This document shows positions 38,969 through 48,393 of a stretch of DNA of 64,000 bases, in pieces. The position numbers and the translations under genes are program-made. Under the pieces are notes generated by a model. It was not told the origin of the DNA. It saw nothing but the letters and a program-made list of their open reading frames with translations, and ran no database searches. Numbering within the stretch: position 1 is the stretch's first letter; each line of letters opens with the position of its first letter. This DNA comes from an uncultured virus (IMG/VR IMGVR_UViG_3300029931_000005). Lineage: Duplodnaviria; Heunggongvirae; Uroviricota; Caudoviricetes. Where the stretch lies: IMG/VR virus record IMGVR_UViG_3300029931_000005; one strand, 5' to 3'.

Positions 38969-40447
38969 CTACAGCCAGCGCCCTAGATTACCAGCTAAAT
39001 TTGCCCCCGTGGCCTCGTCTAGCTCGCTCACATTTAGGACCTTGTCGGCCAACTGCTCTATATCAATATAGCCACCACGACCAACGGGCACATAAAACAT
39101 GCGCGAACCAGATTGCTCTTTATACTCATTCCACAGTGCAACGGTTTCTTGAGATACTCCCGCTTCCCCGTCGGAGATAAACAACAGATCGGCTTTGTCA
39201 GCATCTAGTTGCTTCAATCTCCCAACGCTGAAACTCACCGCAAGATTGAAGTCAGTCCCGCCGCTCTGCGAATTGCTGGCCCACGCCAGGTGTTTATCCC
39301 ATCCGTCATCACTGGTGACCACCTGCATGGTTTTCTCATCGCTGGCAAAAGCAAAGAGTACGTACGGCCGTCCATCTTGAGCTGCCGTTTGGGCTACCCC
39401 CAGCGCTACGGCCTTGGCCACCAGATCGCGGCCACCGTGCATCGAGGGGGAGACATCCACCGCACCCACAAATGGACCGCGTTTCTTGGCGTCGCCCTGC
39501 GGCTTGTAGCCAAGTACGCCGAACTCTGCCAGCTGGGCCATCTTCTGAGCGCGCAGCACAGGCGGGGCATCTGGACGCAGCAGCGCTAGTTCCGTTGGGA
39601 ATGTGCGGGTCAGGTCTTGGGTCAGCCCTGCCTGTTTGGGGATGATGCCTGTGGGTACGCGGTCGCGTTTCGCCTGGAGCGCAAAGCCGCGCATCCGTCC
39701 GGCCAGCTTGGCAATCTGGGCAATGCGGCCCTTGTTCTTTTTCAAAAATTCCATTGCGGCGGCGGGGTCTTGCTGGATCAAACTGCCAGGGCCATTGCCC
39801 CACCCTGCTGCCGCCTCGGCGGCATCCTGGGCCTGCTGGCTTGCTTGCTTGGCGGCGCTGGCCATCTTGGCATGTTGCAGCGGCTTGCCCTTCATGTCGT
39901 CCACCATCTGCTGGGCCGCTGCGGCCGTATCCTGGGCTTTCTGCCGGGCTGCATCTGCCGCGGCCTGGGCCGCGGCGGCTTGCTGAGCCATCTCGGTAGA
40001 GCCAGAGGCCTGGGCAGCTGCGTTCAGGGCATCAGCGGCCGTTTGCTGGCGTTTTGCCTCTTCGGCTGCCTCATCAGCCTCCTGCTGCTTTTCCATGACT
40101 TCCTGGAGCGTTTCGTCGTTGGTGAGGTGGTCGTACATAAAAGCGGATGCGGCCATGGCTGCTGGTAAATTGCCCACGGTGCTGGCCCGGCTCTGCTCCC
40201 ATCCATGCGTTTCGCCCATCCAGTCCAGCAGCGCCCGGTTAACAACACGGCCGTCTGGCGGCTGCTCTAAGCGGTTTGGTTGACTGGCATACATTTCAAA
40301 GAAGATGTCCCCGGCGAGGTCTGCCTGCGCCTGACCTTCGGGGGTTTGGTGGAGAGGAAGCTTGGTGAGTCGTCCCGTAGCACGCTGGCCCGGTGACAAA
40401 TGGAGAGTGCTTTGTTGTGGTAACGCTGATACGGTAGTTTCATTCAT
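38969..40447 (-). CDS. von Willebrand factor A domain protein (ViaA-like)
   Basis: MIDAS DVSPSM, GGTDF, FISDG; Ala/Gln coiled coil. Confidence 0.88.
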   Translation of the reverse strand: MNETTVSALPQQSTLHLSPGQRATGRLTKLPLHQTPEGQAQADLAGDIFFEMYASQPNRLEQPPDGRVVNRALLDWMGETHGWEQSRASTVGNLPAAMAASAFMYDHLTNDETLQEVMEKQQEADEAAEEAKRQQTAADALNAAAQASGSTEMAQQAAAAQAAADAARQKAQDTAAAAQQMVDDMKGKPLQHAKMASAAKQASQQAQDAAEAAAGWGNGPGSLIQQDPAAAMEFLKKNKGRIAQIAKLAGRMRGFALQAKRDRVPTGIIPKQAGLTQDLTRTFPTELALLRPDAPPVLRAQKMAQLAEFGVLGYKPQGDAKKRGPFVGAVDVSPSMHGGRDLVAKAVALGVAQTAAQDGRPYVLFAFASDEKTMQVVTSDDGWDKHLAWASNSQSGGTDFNLAVSFSVGRLKQLDADKADLLFISDGEAGVSQETVALWNEYKEQSGSRMFYVPVGRGGYIDIEQLADKVLNVSELDEATGANLAGNLGRWL

Positions 40448-40497
40448 GACCATACTCCTGTGTTTAACGGTTTTGGATGACCAATCCAGAGACCTAA

Positions 40498-40525
40498 ATT
40501 ATAACAAAGTTTGCAAATAATGCAA
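40498..40525 (-). promoter_or_regulatory. sigma70-type promoter TTGCAT-N16-TATAAT with TG extension
   Basis: read directly. Confidence 0.78.
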
Positions 40526-40653
40526 ACATTATACGGTTAATGTGACGTATTTAAGCCGATATACTAGGCGAAAAATAGGCCGTGTGGCGGGGTATCTGTC
40601 CAGGATGTGCCACCACACGGCCGTCGTCATGTCTGACTAAAGCCAGTATACCA

Positions 40654-41730
40654 CTATTCGACCGGCTTGCCCTGGATGGCCAGGGACAGCCAGCCGTTCA
40701 TGGTGGTAACCGCTTCGGCTACCCGCTGGTTGTCTGCGCCTGCCAGAGATTCCAGGGTCGTCTGGACACTCTGCATGGTGGTGGCCAGCTGCGGGATGAG
40801 CGCCGTCCGCTGCGCCTGCGGTGCGGCCGAGACTTGCTTCATTTGCGCCAGCACCTGATTCATTGCATCCTCGATTGCAGCGCCGAGGGTGTCCACCACG
40901 CTGGCAGCGATTTGCGCCCACGTGGCGGCGTCGCTAGGCTGGATGGCTGGCCAGCAGTAGCGCAGCAGCCGCGCGGCCGTATCGGGCACAGTAGAGAAAT
41001 CGGCCGATCCCGACTGCCACACCCCCACCCTGAACAGCACGTGCGTCCACTGCGTCACGCGCCGTGGATGGGGCCGGTGGCCCTGGGCCTGCGCCTCGGT
41101 CGAGAGGTTTTCTAGCAGCTCCCCAATCGCCTTGATGGCGTTTCCCCCAGGGGCGGCCTTGCGAATATCCTGAACCTCGGGCCAGGTCGGCAGGTCGCTT
41201 ACGTCCACCTGCGGCCCCTGCCCATTGAGCTGGGCGGCGGAAATGGCCGCCACGTCCAGCCCCTGCGGATTAATCCAGTACCACAGGGCGAAACGGTCGA
41301 TGAGCGCCGCCACCCGCTCGTTGCTGGGCATAAAGTTGGACGTAGCCCACACCGGCGGGGCGTCGGGGCTATCCAGTCGGTCCAGGGTGTCCAGGAGGGC
41401 GTCAAAGGTGACCTCGTTGCCACGGCCGATTTCATCAATCAGGGCCAGGCGCATATTGGGATCATAGGCCGTGCCATCCACCACCCGCTCCAGACGGCCG
41501 TCTAACAGGGCTGCTGGATTGTAAGCCCCGCGCACCACATCGGGCGGCGTGCTCGGGTCGATACGGGCAAAGGCATACTGGCCGCTGGTGAGCTGCCCTG
41601 CCAGGCTGCGCGTAACGGCCGTTTTGCCAAACCCCGGCGCGCCCAACATGATGGCGTTTTGCCGGGCCAAAGCCGAAGCGGTTAAGATGAGCTTCATATC
41701 GTTTACATAGGAACCTACAAAATTAGACAT
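40654..41730 (-). CDS. MoxR/RavA-family AAA+ ATPase
   Basis: Walker A GAPGFGKT, Walker B LIDEI, ATSN, ALIDRF. Confidence 0.92.
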   Translation of the reverse strand: MSNFVGSYVNDMKLILTASALARQNAIMLGAPGFGKTAVTRSLAGQLTSGQYAFARIDPSTPPDVVRGAYNPAALLDGRLERVVDGTAYDPNMRLALIDEIGRGNEVTFDALLDTLDRLDSPDAPPVWATSNFMPSNERVAALIDRFALWYWINPQGLDVAAISAAQLNGQGPQVDVSDLPTWPEVQDIRKAAPGGNAIKAIGELLENLSTEAQAQGHRPHPRRVTQWTHVLFRVGVWQSGSADFSTVPDTAARLLRYCWPAIQPSDAATWAQIAASVVDTLGAAIEDAMNQVLAQMKQVSAAPQAQRTALIPQLATTMQSVQTTLESLAGADNQRVAEAVTTMNGWLSLAIQGKPVE

Positions 41731-41744
41731 GACAGTTTTTCCTT

Positions 41745-42212
41745 TTAGTGAATGTGCTTCCATCGTTCTCTCCGAACGATTCTGCCAACTTGTTGAGGAG
41801 TTACATTGAACAAGCGAGCTAACTCTTTTTGGGTATACCCGCCCGTTGCATACATAAATCGAATGTTTCTTACTTTATCGGGCGTCAGCTTTGCGGTGCA
41901 TGTTTTAACGCCCCTTACCTGATTGCCCTTTGCCACTTTGTCATCGTGATTCTGGCGTGGCGTACCTAAGAATAAGTGTTTTGGGTTGCAGCATGGTGGA
42001 TTGTCGCAGATGTGGCAAACGAGCATGCCATCGGGAATCTCGCCGTGAGTTAACTCCCAGGCTGCACGATTGGAACGGATGTTACCCTCGCCCCTACGAC
42101 CACGGCCAATGAGACCATAACCTTTTTTGTTTTTCGCAGCCTTCCAGGGCCAGCACTCGTCGGGGCCACCTACGTCAACCTTCTCCCAGAAGCGAACCTC
42201 AAAAGATTTCAT
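41745..42212 (-). CDS. HNH homing endonuclease
   Basis: RFWEKV..ECWPW, VCHICDNPPCCNPKHL..GT..N. Confidence 0.92.
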   Translation of the reverse strand: MKSFEVRFWEKVDVGGPDECWPWKAAKNKKGYGLIGRGRRGEGNIRSNRAAWELTHGEIPDGMLVCHICDNPPCCNPKHLFLGTPRQNHDDKVAKGNQVRGVKTCTAKLTPDKVRNIRFMYATGGYTQKELARLFNVTPQQVGRIVRRERWKHIH

Positions 42213-42592
42213 CGGTTAGCCTCTGCGTCAAACGGCCGCATCTCCCACCACATCTCGCCGTCCGTTTCAGCCTTGGCTGCCTCGTTCAGGTTGGCCAGGT
42301 CGCGGGGGTGGATGCTGCGCCGGTCGTGAATGTGTTCGCCGTCGGTCAAAACAATTTGAACCGTTACGGCTGCGTTGGTCAACAGGCTGCCCGCGGTGCC
42401 CATCAGGTGGGCGGCTTCCAGCAGGCCGAGGTAACCGCGCACCTGGCAGGTGATCCAGAACGGATCGTCGGATGCCAGGATGTCGGCCAGCTTGCTGTTG
42501 GCCATGCGCCAGTTGATGTGCTGGTGGTCAATCTTTTGCGTCGGCCGCTTGGGGCGGAATTCGTCTTTGCTGTGCTGGAGAACTGCTGTCAT
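42209..42592 (-). CDS. hypothetical protein, paralog of 44958-45218
   Basis: LTDGEHI....S..P..LA.LNE.A...T.G.MWWE shared. Confidence 0.65.
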   Translation of the reverse strand: MTAVLQHSKDEFRPKRPTQKIDHQHINWRMANSKLADILASDDPFWITCQVRGYLGLLEAAHLMGTAGSLLTNAAVTVQIVLTDGEHIHDRRSIHPRDLANLNEAAKAETDGEMWWEMRPFDAEANR

Positions 42593-42987
42593 TTCGCACC
42601 GCCATTCAGGCTGAAGCTGTAACGGCCGTCTACCCAAATCACGCTGCCTCGCACGGCAACCTGCTCAACCAGGAACTGCTGCTCGCGGCCGCCTTCGTTG
42701 AGGAAGATTTTGACCAGTTCAACAATATCATTGTTGTAGATGGTGCCATCTTTCGTCAGGCCGGACCAGTGACAACGGCCGTCAAGCGGGCGGGCAATCA
42801 GGGTGAGATTGGTGCCCGGCAGCGAGAAGTAAAGCGCCTCGTCAATCCGCCCCATAGTGGGTGCCAGCGCATAGCTGATCACCTCGCGGACACAGCACAA
42901 CACACTTGCGGGAAGGTCCGTCCGTGGCTGGCTGCGATTGAGGCAGTCCAGGATCGATACAATCTGTTCGGGGGTAAATTCGTGCAT
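42589..42987 (-). CDS. hypothetical protein
   Basis: GGAGTATGGTCATG start box. Confidence 0.65.
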   Translation of the reverse strand: MHEFTPEQIVSILDCLNRSQPRTDLPASVLCCVREVISYALAPTMGRIDEALYFSLPGTNLTLIARPLDGRCHWSGLTKDGTIYNNDIVELVKIFLNEGGREQQFLVEQVAVRGSVIWVDGRYSFSLNGGAK

Positions 42988-43069
42988 GACCATACTCCTT
43001 CGGTTTGCTACTCGCCAGAGTGACCAGCCCCGGCTGCTTGTCTGGTTTGCTAAATTTCCAGACTCAAGA

Positions 43070-43098
43070 ATTTTACCACAAGATTAAAAATAGTGCAA
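43070..43098 (-). promoter_or_regulatory. sigma70-type promoter TTGCAC-N17-TAAAAT
   Basis: near copy of the 22784-22812 promoter. Confidence 0.72.
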
Positions 43099-43189
43099 GC
43101 ATAAAACGAGAAAGTGAGCCACAACTTCGTCAATTTTTTGCCCCAGTAAGATCGTTACCGTCCCTCAACCGCCACCAGTTGGTTAGTTG

Positions 43190-43320
43190 CGACATTGTGC
43201 ATATGAACCATACCGCCACCCAACAAGTAAACCCTTCAACCGACATCGCCCCCCAGAGGGGGTCTTACGCGCCGTCTGGATCCGTTTTACGTCTCGACTT
43301 GGCTAATCCCGCGACGTTCT
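43190..43320 (-). ncRNA. putative TnpB omega/reRNA overlapping the tnpB 3' end
   Basis: minus strand ..CGTAAAACGG..GTAAGACCCCCTCTGGGGGGCGATGTCGGTTGAAGG resembles TnpB right-end scaffolds; boundaries approximate. Confidence 0.5.
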
Positions 43321-44432
43321 TCTAAAAGCCGCAAACCCTCACTGAGGATATTTGCCGCTGCGTTACCATCTCTATCGTGGATTGCGCCGCATTCGGGGCA
43401 CACCCACTCTCTAATCTTCAAGTCCTTTACGGCCGTATTCTTTGACCCGCACTCAGAACAGGTCTGGCTGGAGGCGAAGAATCGCCCCACCTTCACTACC
43501 ACGCAACCGTTTAGGGTGACCTTGTACTCAAGCTGCCGGACCAGCTCACCCCACCCCGCATCAGAGATCGACCGGGCCAGCCGCCGATTTTTGACCATAC
43601 CAGCTACATGCAAATCCTCCACGCAGATCACTTTGTAATTACGGGTTAATTCCGTCGTTATTTTGTGCAAATTATCCAGGCGGCGGTTTTTGATCTTGCC
43701 GTGCAGCTTCTTGAGCTTGGCTTTGGTTCTCAGCCAGCCGTTGCTGCCCTGCTGCCGCCGGGCTAACTCGCGGTTCAAACGCCGGAGTTTGCGTAATTCG
43801 TTCTTCTGGTGATGCGGATTCTCGTGGGTGAAGGTGCGGCCGTTTTCATCGTGGCCGACAATCAATTCTTTGATACCCAGGTCCAGGCCAACAGCTACGC
43901 CTGGCCGTGGTGGCTGCTCAATATCCGTCTCCACGGTAATAGATACATACCAATGCAGACCATCGGTAGAAATTACCGCGCTCATGATCTTGCCCTTAAA
44001 CCGCAGTGGCTCGGCCATGTTTACCCAGCCAAGCCTAGCCACAAAAAGTTCATTGTGTCTGTGTTTGATATTCTGATTGACCAAGTAGAACGTTTGCCTC
44101 TTGTATTTGCGCGACCTAAACCTTGGGGGTTTAATATTTTCCTCGCCAGCCTTTATCCGTCGGAAGAAATTACTAAACGCTGCCGACAAATGGGCAAAAC
44201 CGTACTCGGTGCAACGCCCAGATACCTCGCGCACCCAGGGGAACCGATCGTCCTTGATAGAGTTAAACTCCTTCTTTAGCGCCAGCGCCGACGGCCGTTC
44301 TCCAGCCTCATACAGTTCCTTCCACCGAGCCAGACCCCAATTGTAGGCAAAGCGCACAGTGCCCACCGCCTTGCGGAAATAGGCCTCTTGCTCTGGAGTT
44401 GGATTCAGTCTGGTTTTGTGCGCTAAGATCAT
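43287..44432 (-). CDS. tnpB: RNA-guided endonuclease TnpB family protein
   Basis: N-term [12 protein letters not shown]; RuvC-I GLDLG, RuvC-II VEDL, Zn finger CSEC/CPEC, Ruv[14 protein letters not shown]. Confidence 0.95.
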   Translation of the reverse strand: MILAHKTRLNPTPEQEAYFRKAVGTVRFAYNWGLARWKELYEAGERPSALALKKEFNSIKDDRFPWVREVSGRCTEYGFAHLSAAFSNFFRRIKAGEENIKPPRFRSRKYKRQTFYLVNQNIKHRHNELFVARLGWVNMAEPLRFKGKIMSAVISTDGLHWYVSITVETDIEQPPRPGVAVGLDLGIKELIVGHDENGRTFTHENPHHQKNELRKLRRLNRELARRQQGSNGWLRTKAKLKKLHGKIKNRRLDNLHKITTELTRNYKVICVEDLHVAGMVKNRRLARSISDAGWGELVRQLEYKVTLNGCVVVKVGRFFASSQTCSECGSKNTAVKDLKIREWVCPECGAIHDRDGNAAANILSEGLRLLEERRGISQVET

Positions 44433-44511
44433 TTCGATTCCTAAATTAAGGGCGGGTGCCCGGCTATAAACCGGGCACCCTGGATGTGCAGCGGGGTCCA
44501 GTTCTGCACAT

Positions 44512-44883
44512 TTACAACCACACGGCCGTACCCTTCTTCTCATTACACTCACGGCAGCACGGCAAGATGTTGGTCAACGTGGTTCCGCCGCCGCAAGCCA
44601 GCGGGATGATGTGATCCATCGTTTCATACGGCCGTCCACAGTAAGCACACCTGAGATCATAGGCAAAAAGCAGCAGCAGCCACTCGGCTACGGCCAGGTC
44701 GCCCCGTTGGCCGCGCCGTCTGGCGCGTCGGTTATTGAGACTGACCCGCCGCCACTCAGAGCGAGGTCGAAGAGAACGGCCGTTGACCACCACCCGCTGC
44801 CGCCGCGTGTTGTGAAAGTTGCCCAGTTCACCGGCCACGACCCACCTCCCCCATTGCCATGAAGTAGGCACGTCGGGCCACAC
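44512..44883 (-). CDS. HNH endonuclease (start uncertain)
   Basis: CAYCG...MDHIIPL..GG.....N..PCC..CN..K. Confidence 0.75.
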   Translation of the reverse strand: MWPDVPTSWQWGRWVVAGELGNFHNTRRQRVVVNGRSLRPRSEWRRVSLNNRRARRRGQRGDLAVAEWLLLLFAYDLRCAYCGRPYETMDHIIPLACGGGTTLTNILPCCRECNEKKGTAVWL

Positions 44884-44957
44884 GGCCGTTTCTGATGGTC
44901 AACAGGCGTTGGCAAATACGGAATGAAATCACCAAGAGTAGACAAAGGCGGCAGATT

Positions 44958-45218
44958 TTACACATGGTCACGATCTCCAGACCCCAGAATGCCGCTGCGG
45001 AACTCCCACCACATTGAACCGTTGGTGACTTCCTGGGCTGACTCATTCAGTTTGGCTAACTCTTTGGGAGACATGGAGTGGATTTCGTAGATGTGCTCAC
45101 CGTCAGTCAAGATGCCCACCACGATATTCAGGCATTCATCACATTCTGGCGGACGGTGGTCGTAGCACAACGGCCGTTTTTTGACATCGACATTGTAAAC
45201 CGGTACACTTTCTGACAT
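44958..45218 (-). CDS. hypothetical protein
   Basis: AGGAGG RBS; paralog of 42209-42592. Confidence 0.7.
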   Translation of the reverse strand: MSESVPVYNVDVKKRPLCYDHRPPECDECLNIVVGILTDGEHIYEIHSMSPKELAKLNESAQEVTNGSMWWEFRSGILGSGDRDHV

Positions 45219-45311
45219 AACAACCTCCTATGGTTGGCTGAAAGCACCTCTCAGATTTGACGGTCGTGGAAGGTGCTTTCTTAATAAGAATAATTGTTCA
45301 AACTTAGAACA

Positions 45312-45339
45312 ATTATAGCCAAAAAAAGGGGCTTGTCAA
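45312..45339 (-). promoter_or_regulatory. consensus sigma70 promoter TTGACA-N16-TATAAT
   Basis: perfect hexamers; inverted repeat AATTGTTC-N7-GAACAATT overlaps the -10/+1 region. Confidence 0.85.
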
Positions 45340-45341
45340 AC

Positions 45342-45590
45342 TTAATCTTCCTTTGGGCGGCCGGGTTCTCGCCGAGAGTTAAACCACTGAATAAAAGAAT
45401 CCTTTGGAAACAACCAGGGGGCACTCTTTGACCCACCCACCTTTTTTGCGCCCTCAATACGGCCGTCTCTGGCGCACCTGGCTACGTATGATGCCGATAG
45501 ATCGGCCCCTCGCTCCTCCGCGAAGCCCAGCGCATCGGACATGAATATATACTCAACACCATCAATTTGAATAGACATACTGGAAATCAT
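45342..45590 (-). CDS. excisionase-like HTH protein
   Basis: YVARCARDGRIEGAKKVG....PWLFP; ends PGRPK. Confidence 0.6.
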   Translation of the reverse strand: MISSMSIQIDGVEYIFMSDALGFAEERGADLSASYVARCARDGRIEGAKKVGGSKSAPWLFPKDSFIQWFNSRREPGRPKED

Positions 45591-45641
45591 ACCACCATAC
45601 TCCTTGTGCGTAAATTGCGGGTGACCAAACCCGTTTAAGGT

Positions 45642-45669
45642 ATTGTACAGATAATTTGAAATAATGCAA
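45642..45669 (-). promoter_or_regulatory. sigma70-type promoter TTGCAT-N16-TACAAT
   Basis: read directly. Confidence 0.72.
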
Positions 45670-45689
45670 GCGCCCGTTTATTCTTCGTC

Positions 45690-46375
45690 ACATTACAAAA
45701 TACGGCCGTCTGGCTGGCGTAGCTTCCGGCAACGGCCGTGCCCAGCCTGTCGAGCCGTGGAAGAGGATGGCCCACAAACGGCCGTCTGACTGGCGCAGCT
45801 TCCGGCAACGGCCGTAATGGGGCGGATGCAAAATGGTTGAAGTGGGTTGAGATGGTTGAAGTGGGTTGAAATGGCGTCAAGAGGTTCAAGAGGTTCAAGA
45901 GGTTCAAGAATATGGGGTGGAATTGGTTGGTCTCCTTGACCACGCGCTGCTCGACGCGAGCGTTTGTCGTGCGCCAGTTTCCGGCAACGGCCGTTACCAG
46001 CCTGCTGGAAATTTGGTGTAAGTATTTCATGGGGGCCAGAGATGCCCAGCTCGCCTGATCGGTAATGTGGGGCAAATACTTCACATTGGCAGCATACGGC
46101 CGTAGGTGAGCCGGGTAAATGTGGTGTAAGTATTTCACCGGGGGCCACCAGGCACGCGGGGCTGCCGGGCAATTATGGGGGATTTACTTCACATTATGAG
46201 GAACGGCTGGGAACGGCCGTTTGTGGGCATAGTGGTGGGAATGTAGCCAGCGAGCCGCCTTGCTTGCCCTGGCCCAATTCTGGCCCGGTCTGGCCCAATT
46301 CTGGCCATGCTGCCGGGAATGAAAAACGGCCGTTTCAAGAATGGTTAGAAACGGCCGTTTTCGGTGTAAGTACCT
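45690..46375. repeat. repeat-rich, apparently non-coding block
   Basis: TTCCGGCAACGGCCGT x3, GGTGTAAGTA x3, AAGAGGTTC x3 tandem, GGTTGA x4, TGGCCCAATTCTGGCC x2. Confidence 0.8.
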
Positions 46376-46812
46376 CACCTGGCTGCCAGGTTGGGCCTGG
46401 TGAATTCGTTAAGGGTTTCCTGCCAGTTTAGCCGACAATGCGGCAGGTGAACGGCCGTGCGCTGCAAAATGGATTGCAGCTGCTGCCGGGCCATACGGCC
46501 GTGCGGGATTACCTCGGGCTGCTGGCCGTCAACCAGCAGCGCCACCTCGCGCTGTCGGCTCAGCCGATCCAGCAGTCTGGCCACGGCTGGGTCAGCCGGG
46601 TTTACAATCACCTCCCCCTCACCCACGGCAATGGCAACGGCCGCGCCGGTGGGATAAAAGGCAGCCACATAACGCAGCTTGTACGGCCGTTGGCCAGGCT
46701 CGCTGGCGGAAGAGATAGCGGTTAGTTTCTGGTGTTCAATTACGTTCATGTTGCGTTCGGTTATGGGTCCTGTATAATTCGACTTGTGAAGGGGCTCCTC
46801 GCCCCGGACCAT
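46375..46812 (-). CDS. hypothetical protein (start uncertain)
   Basis: ORF after GGAGTATGG box. Confidence 0.55.
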   Translation of the reverse strand: MVRGEEPLHKSNYTGPITERNMNVIEHQKLTAISSASEPGQRPYKLRYVAAFYPTGAAVAIAVGEGEVIVNPADPAVARLLDRLSRQREVALLVDGQQPEVIPHGRMARQQLQSILQRTAVHLPHCRLNWQETLNEFTRPNLAAR

Positions 46813-46837
46813 ACTCCAGCCACCTGACCCGTGGCAC

Positions 46838-46869
46838 TAAAGGCGCGGCCCACAAAGCCGCGCCTTTTT
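46838..46869. terminator. intrinsic terminator-like hairpin
   Basis: AAAGGCGCGGC-loop-GCCGCGCCTTTTTT. Confidence 0.6.
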
Positions 46870-46923
46870 CTCTCTATGGGCTGTGGCGGAAAACGGCCGT
46901 GCACCGGGCGATAGTCATTCCAA

Positions 46924-47247
46924 TCACGACTTCAACTTCTTTACTTCAACAACCTCGAACTCCGGCCGTTCGCCACCTTCCAGGGCGCTGAGGCCGCGGC
47001 CAACAATCCAACGCTTTACGTCCTCTTTGCTAATTTCAAGGAAGTCTGCCCATTTACCGATCGCGTCAAAGTCCTCTTCGGACAAGCGGAAGGTGAGCTG
47101 GTGGAAGGAACCGTGCGTTCGACTGCCGCCAGTGCCTGTCGCCTGGCGCACTCGTTCTGGAGCTACGTTGAGCGGCTGGCTAAAGGACTGCTTCGGCTTC
47201 TTCTTTTTTGTGGGTTGCACATTATCGAATGGGTTATCAAAAGACAT
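46924..47247 (-). CDS. small ParA partner (ParG/RHH-like)
   Basis: disordered N-terminus then QLTFRLSEE strand-helix-helix; directly downstream of parA. Confidence 0.6.
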   Translation of the reverse strand: MSFDNPFDNVQPTKKKKPKQSFSQPLNVAPERVRQATGTGGSRTHGSFHQLTFRLSEEDFDAIGKWADFLEISKEDVKRWIVGRGLSALEGGERPEFEVVEVKKLKS

Positions 47248-47251
47248 TGGT

Positions 47252-48121
47252 TTATCTCATTGCGTAAATGCGATCTGTTAGATCGTCATACGCCACAGCT
47301 GCCGGCGAATCCGGCATATATTCTGTTACAGTCAGCCCACCGCTAGCCGGAGCCTCCGCCACCTTCACGGTGTTGGGTATCGGGCGGGTCACCACACGGC
47401 CGTAAGTCTGGACGATGTTTTGCAGCATCGCCTTTGTCAGATTAGAACGGCCGTCAACAAAGGTTGGGACCACGGCTGCGATCTTGATGCTGATGCCATC
47501 CGCCTGATCTTCCAGGATGTTGCTGGTATGGCGACCGGTAGCCGATGCGCCGTGGTAGTCCACCTTCACCGGCACAATGGCTTCATCGGCAAACTGGTGC
47601 ACCGCTTGCTGCAACATGTCTAACGTCGGTGGGCAATCGATGATGATGTAATCAAACACCTGCTTGGCCGCTGCCAGCTTCTCATCAAGCACATTGACCA
47701 GGTTGCCCACCTGCGCCCCTTTGCGGTTGCGCATTTGCCGAGCAGCCACCAGGGCATACTCTGTAAGAAGGTCCTCTTTGGCATCGCTTAATGCGTCGCT
47801 TGCTGGGATAACAAACAGATTCGGCCGAGCTGGCCCACCATCGGCCGAGCGATCGGCGGGCATGACGTTTCGCTTTAGCACATCAATGCTGCCATCGCCG
47901 CTCAACACATTGCTAATGCAACGGCCGTTTGGATTGAGGCCAAGTGCCCGAGCGGCATCGCCCTGGGCATCCATGTCAATCAACAAGACGCGCCCCGCCG
48001 CCTTCACATTTCCGCCCGCCTGGGCAAGTAAACGATTGGCTAGGCCAACCGCCAACGTCGCTGCCGTGGTGGTCTTGCCCACCCCACCCTTTCGATTTTC
48101 GACCGTAAAAACCTTGCTCAT
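47252..48121 (-). CDS. parA: ParA/Soj partition ATPase
   Basis: NRKGGVGKTT, LLIDMDAQG, IIIDCPP. Confidence 0.95.
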   Translation of the reverse strand: MSKVFTVENRKGGVGKTTTAATLAVGLANRLLAQAGGNVKAAGRVLLIDMDAQGDAARALGLNPNGRCISNVLSGDGSIDVLKRNVMPADRSADGGPARPNLFVIPASDALSDAKEDLLTEYALVAARQMRNRKGAQVGNLVNVLDEKLAAAKQVFDYIIIDCPPTLDMLQQAVHQFADEAIVPVKVDYHGASATGRHTSNILEDQADGISIKIAAVVPTFVDGRSNLTKAMLQNIVQTYGRVVTRPIPNTVKVAEAPASGGLTVTEYMPDSPAAVAYDDLTDRIYAMR

Positions 48122-48141
48122 CACCATACTCCTTTTGTGCT

Positions 48142-48204
48142 TTGTGTACCAACTGTGTACGATGGTGTACACTGGTGCACAGTATGGTATACCATTGGTG
48201 CACA
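48142..48204. repeat. array of six GTRYAC palindromes upstream of parA (centromere/operator candidate)
   Basis: GTGTAC, GTGTAC, GTGTAC, GTGCAC, GTATAC, GTGCAC spaced 10-13 bp. Confidence 0.7.
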
Positions 48205-48393
48205 AAAATCAAGATATTTATCAAATTTGCCCCAGGATGCGCGGAAACGAAAAATAGGGCAGGGGGATAGCCTCGTCGGTCTTGCGCCTCGTACAGAGCG
48301 AATTCGGCAAAAACGGCAGTTCGGCTTGATTCAAACTTGCCTGGGCATTAAACTGTGGCGAATATCGTTTCTCAATTCCACAAGGAGACACCC

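Noticed and set aside
45635..46172. Minus-strand ORFs of 167 and 159 aa
   Set aside because: Translations mirror DNA repeats (LNLLNLLNL, EPLEPLEPL) and one overlaps a promoter
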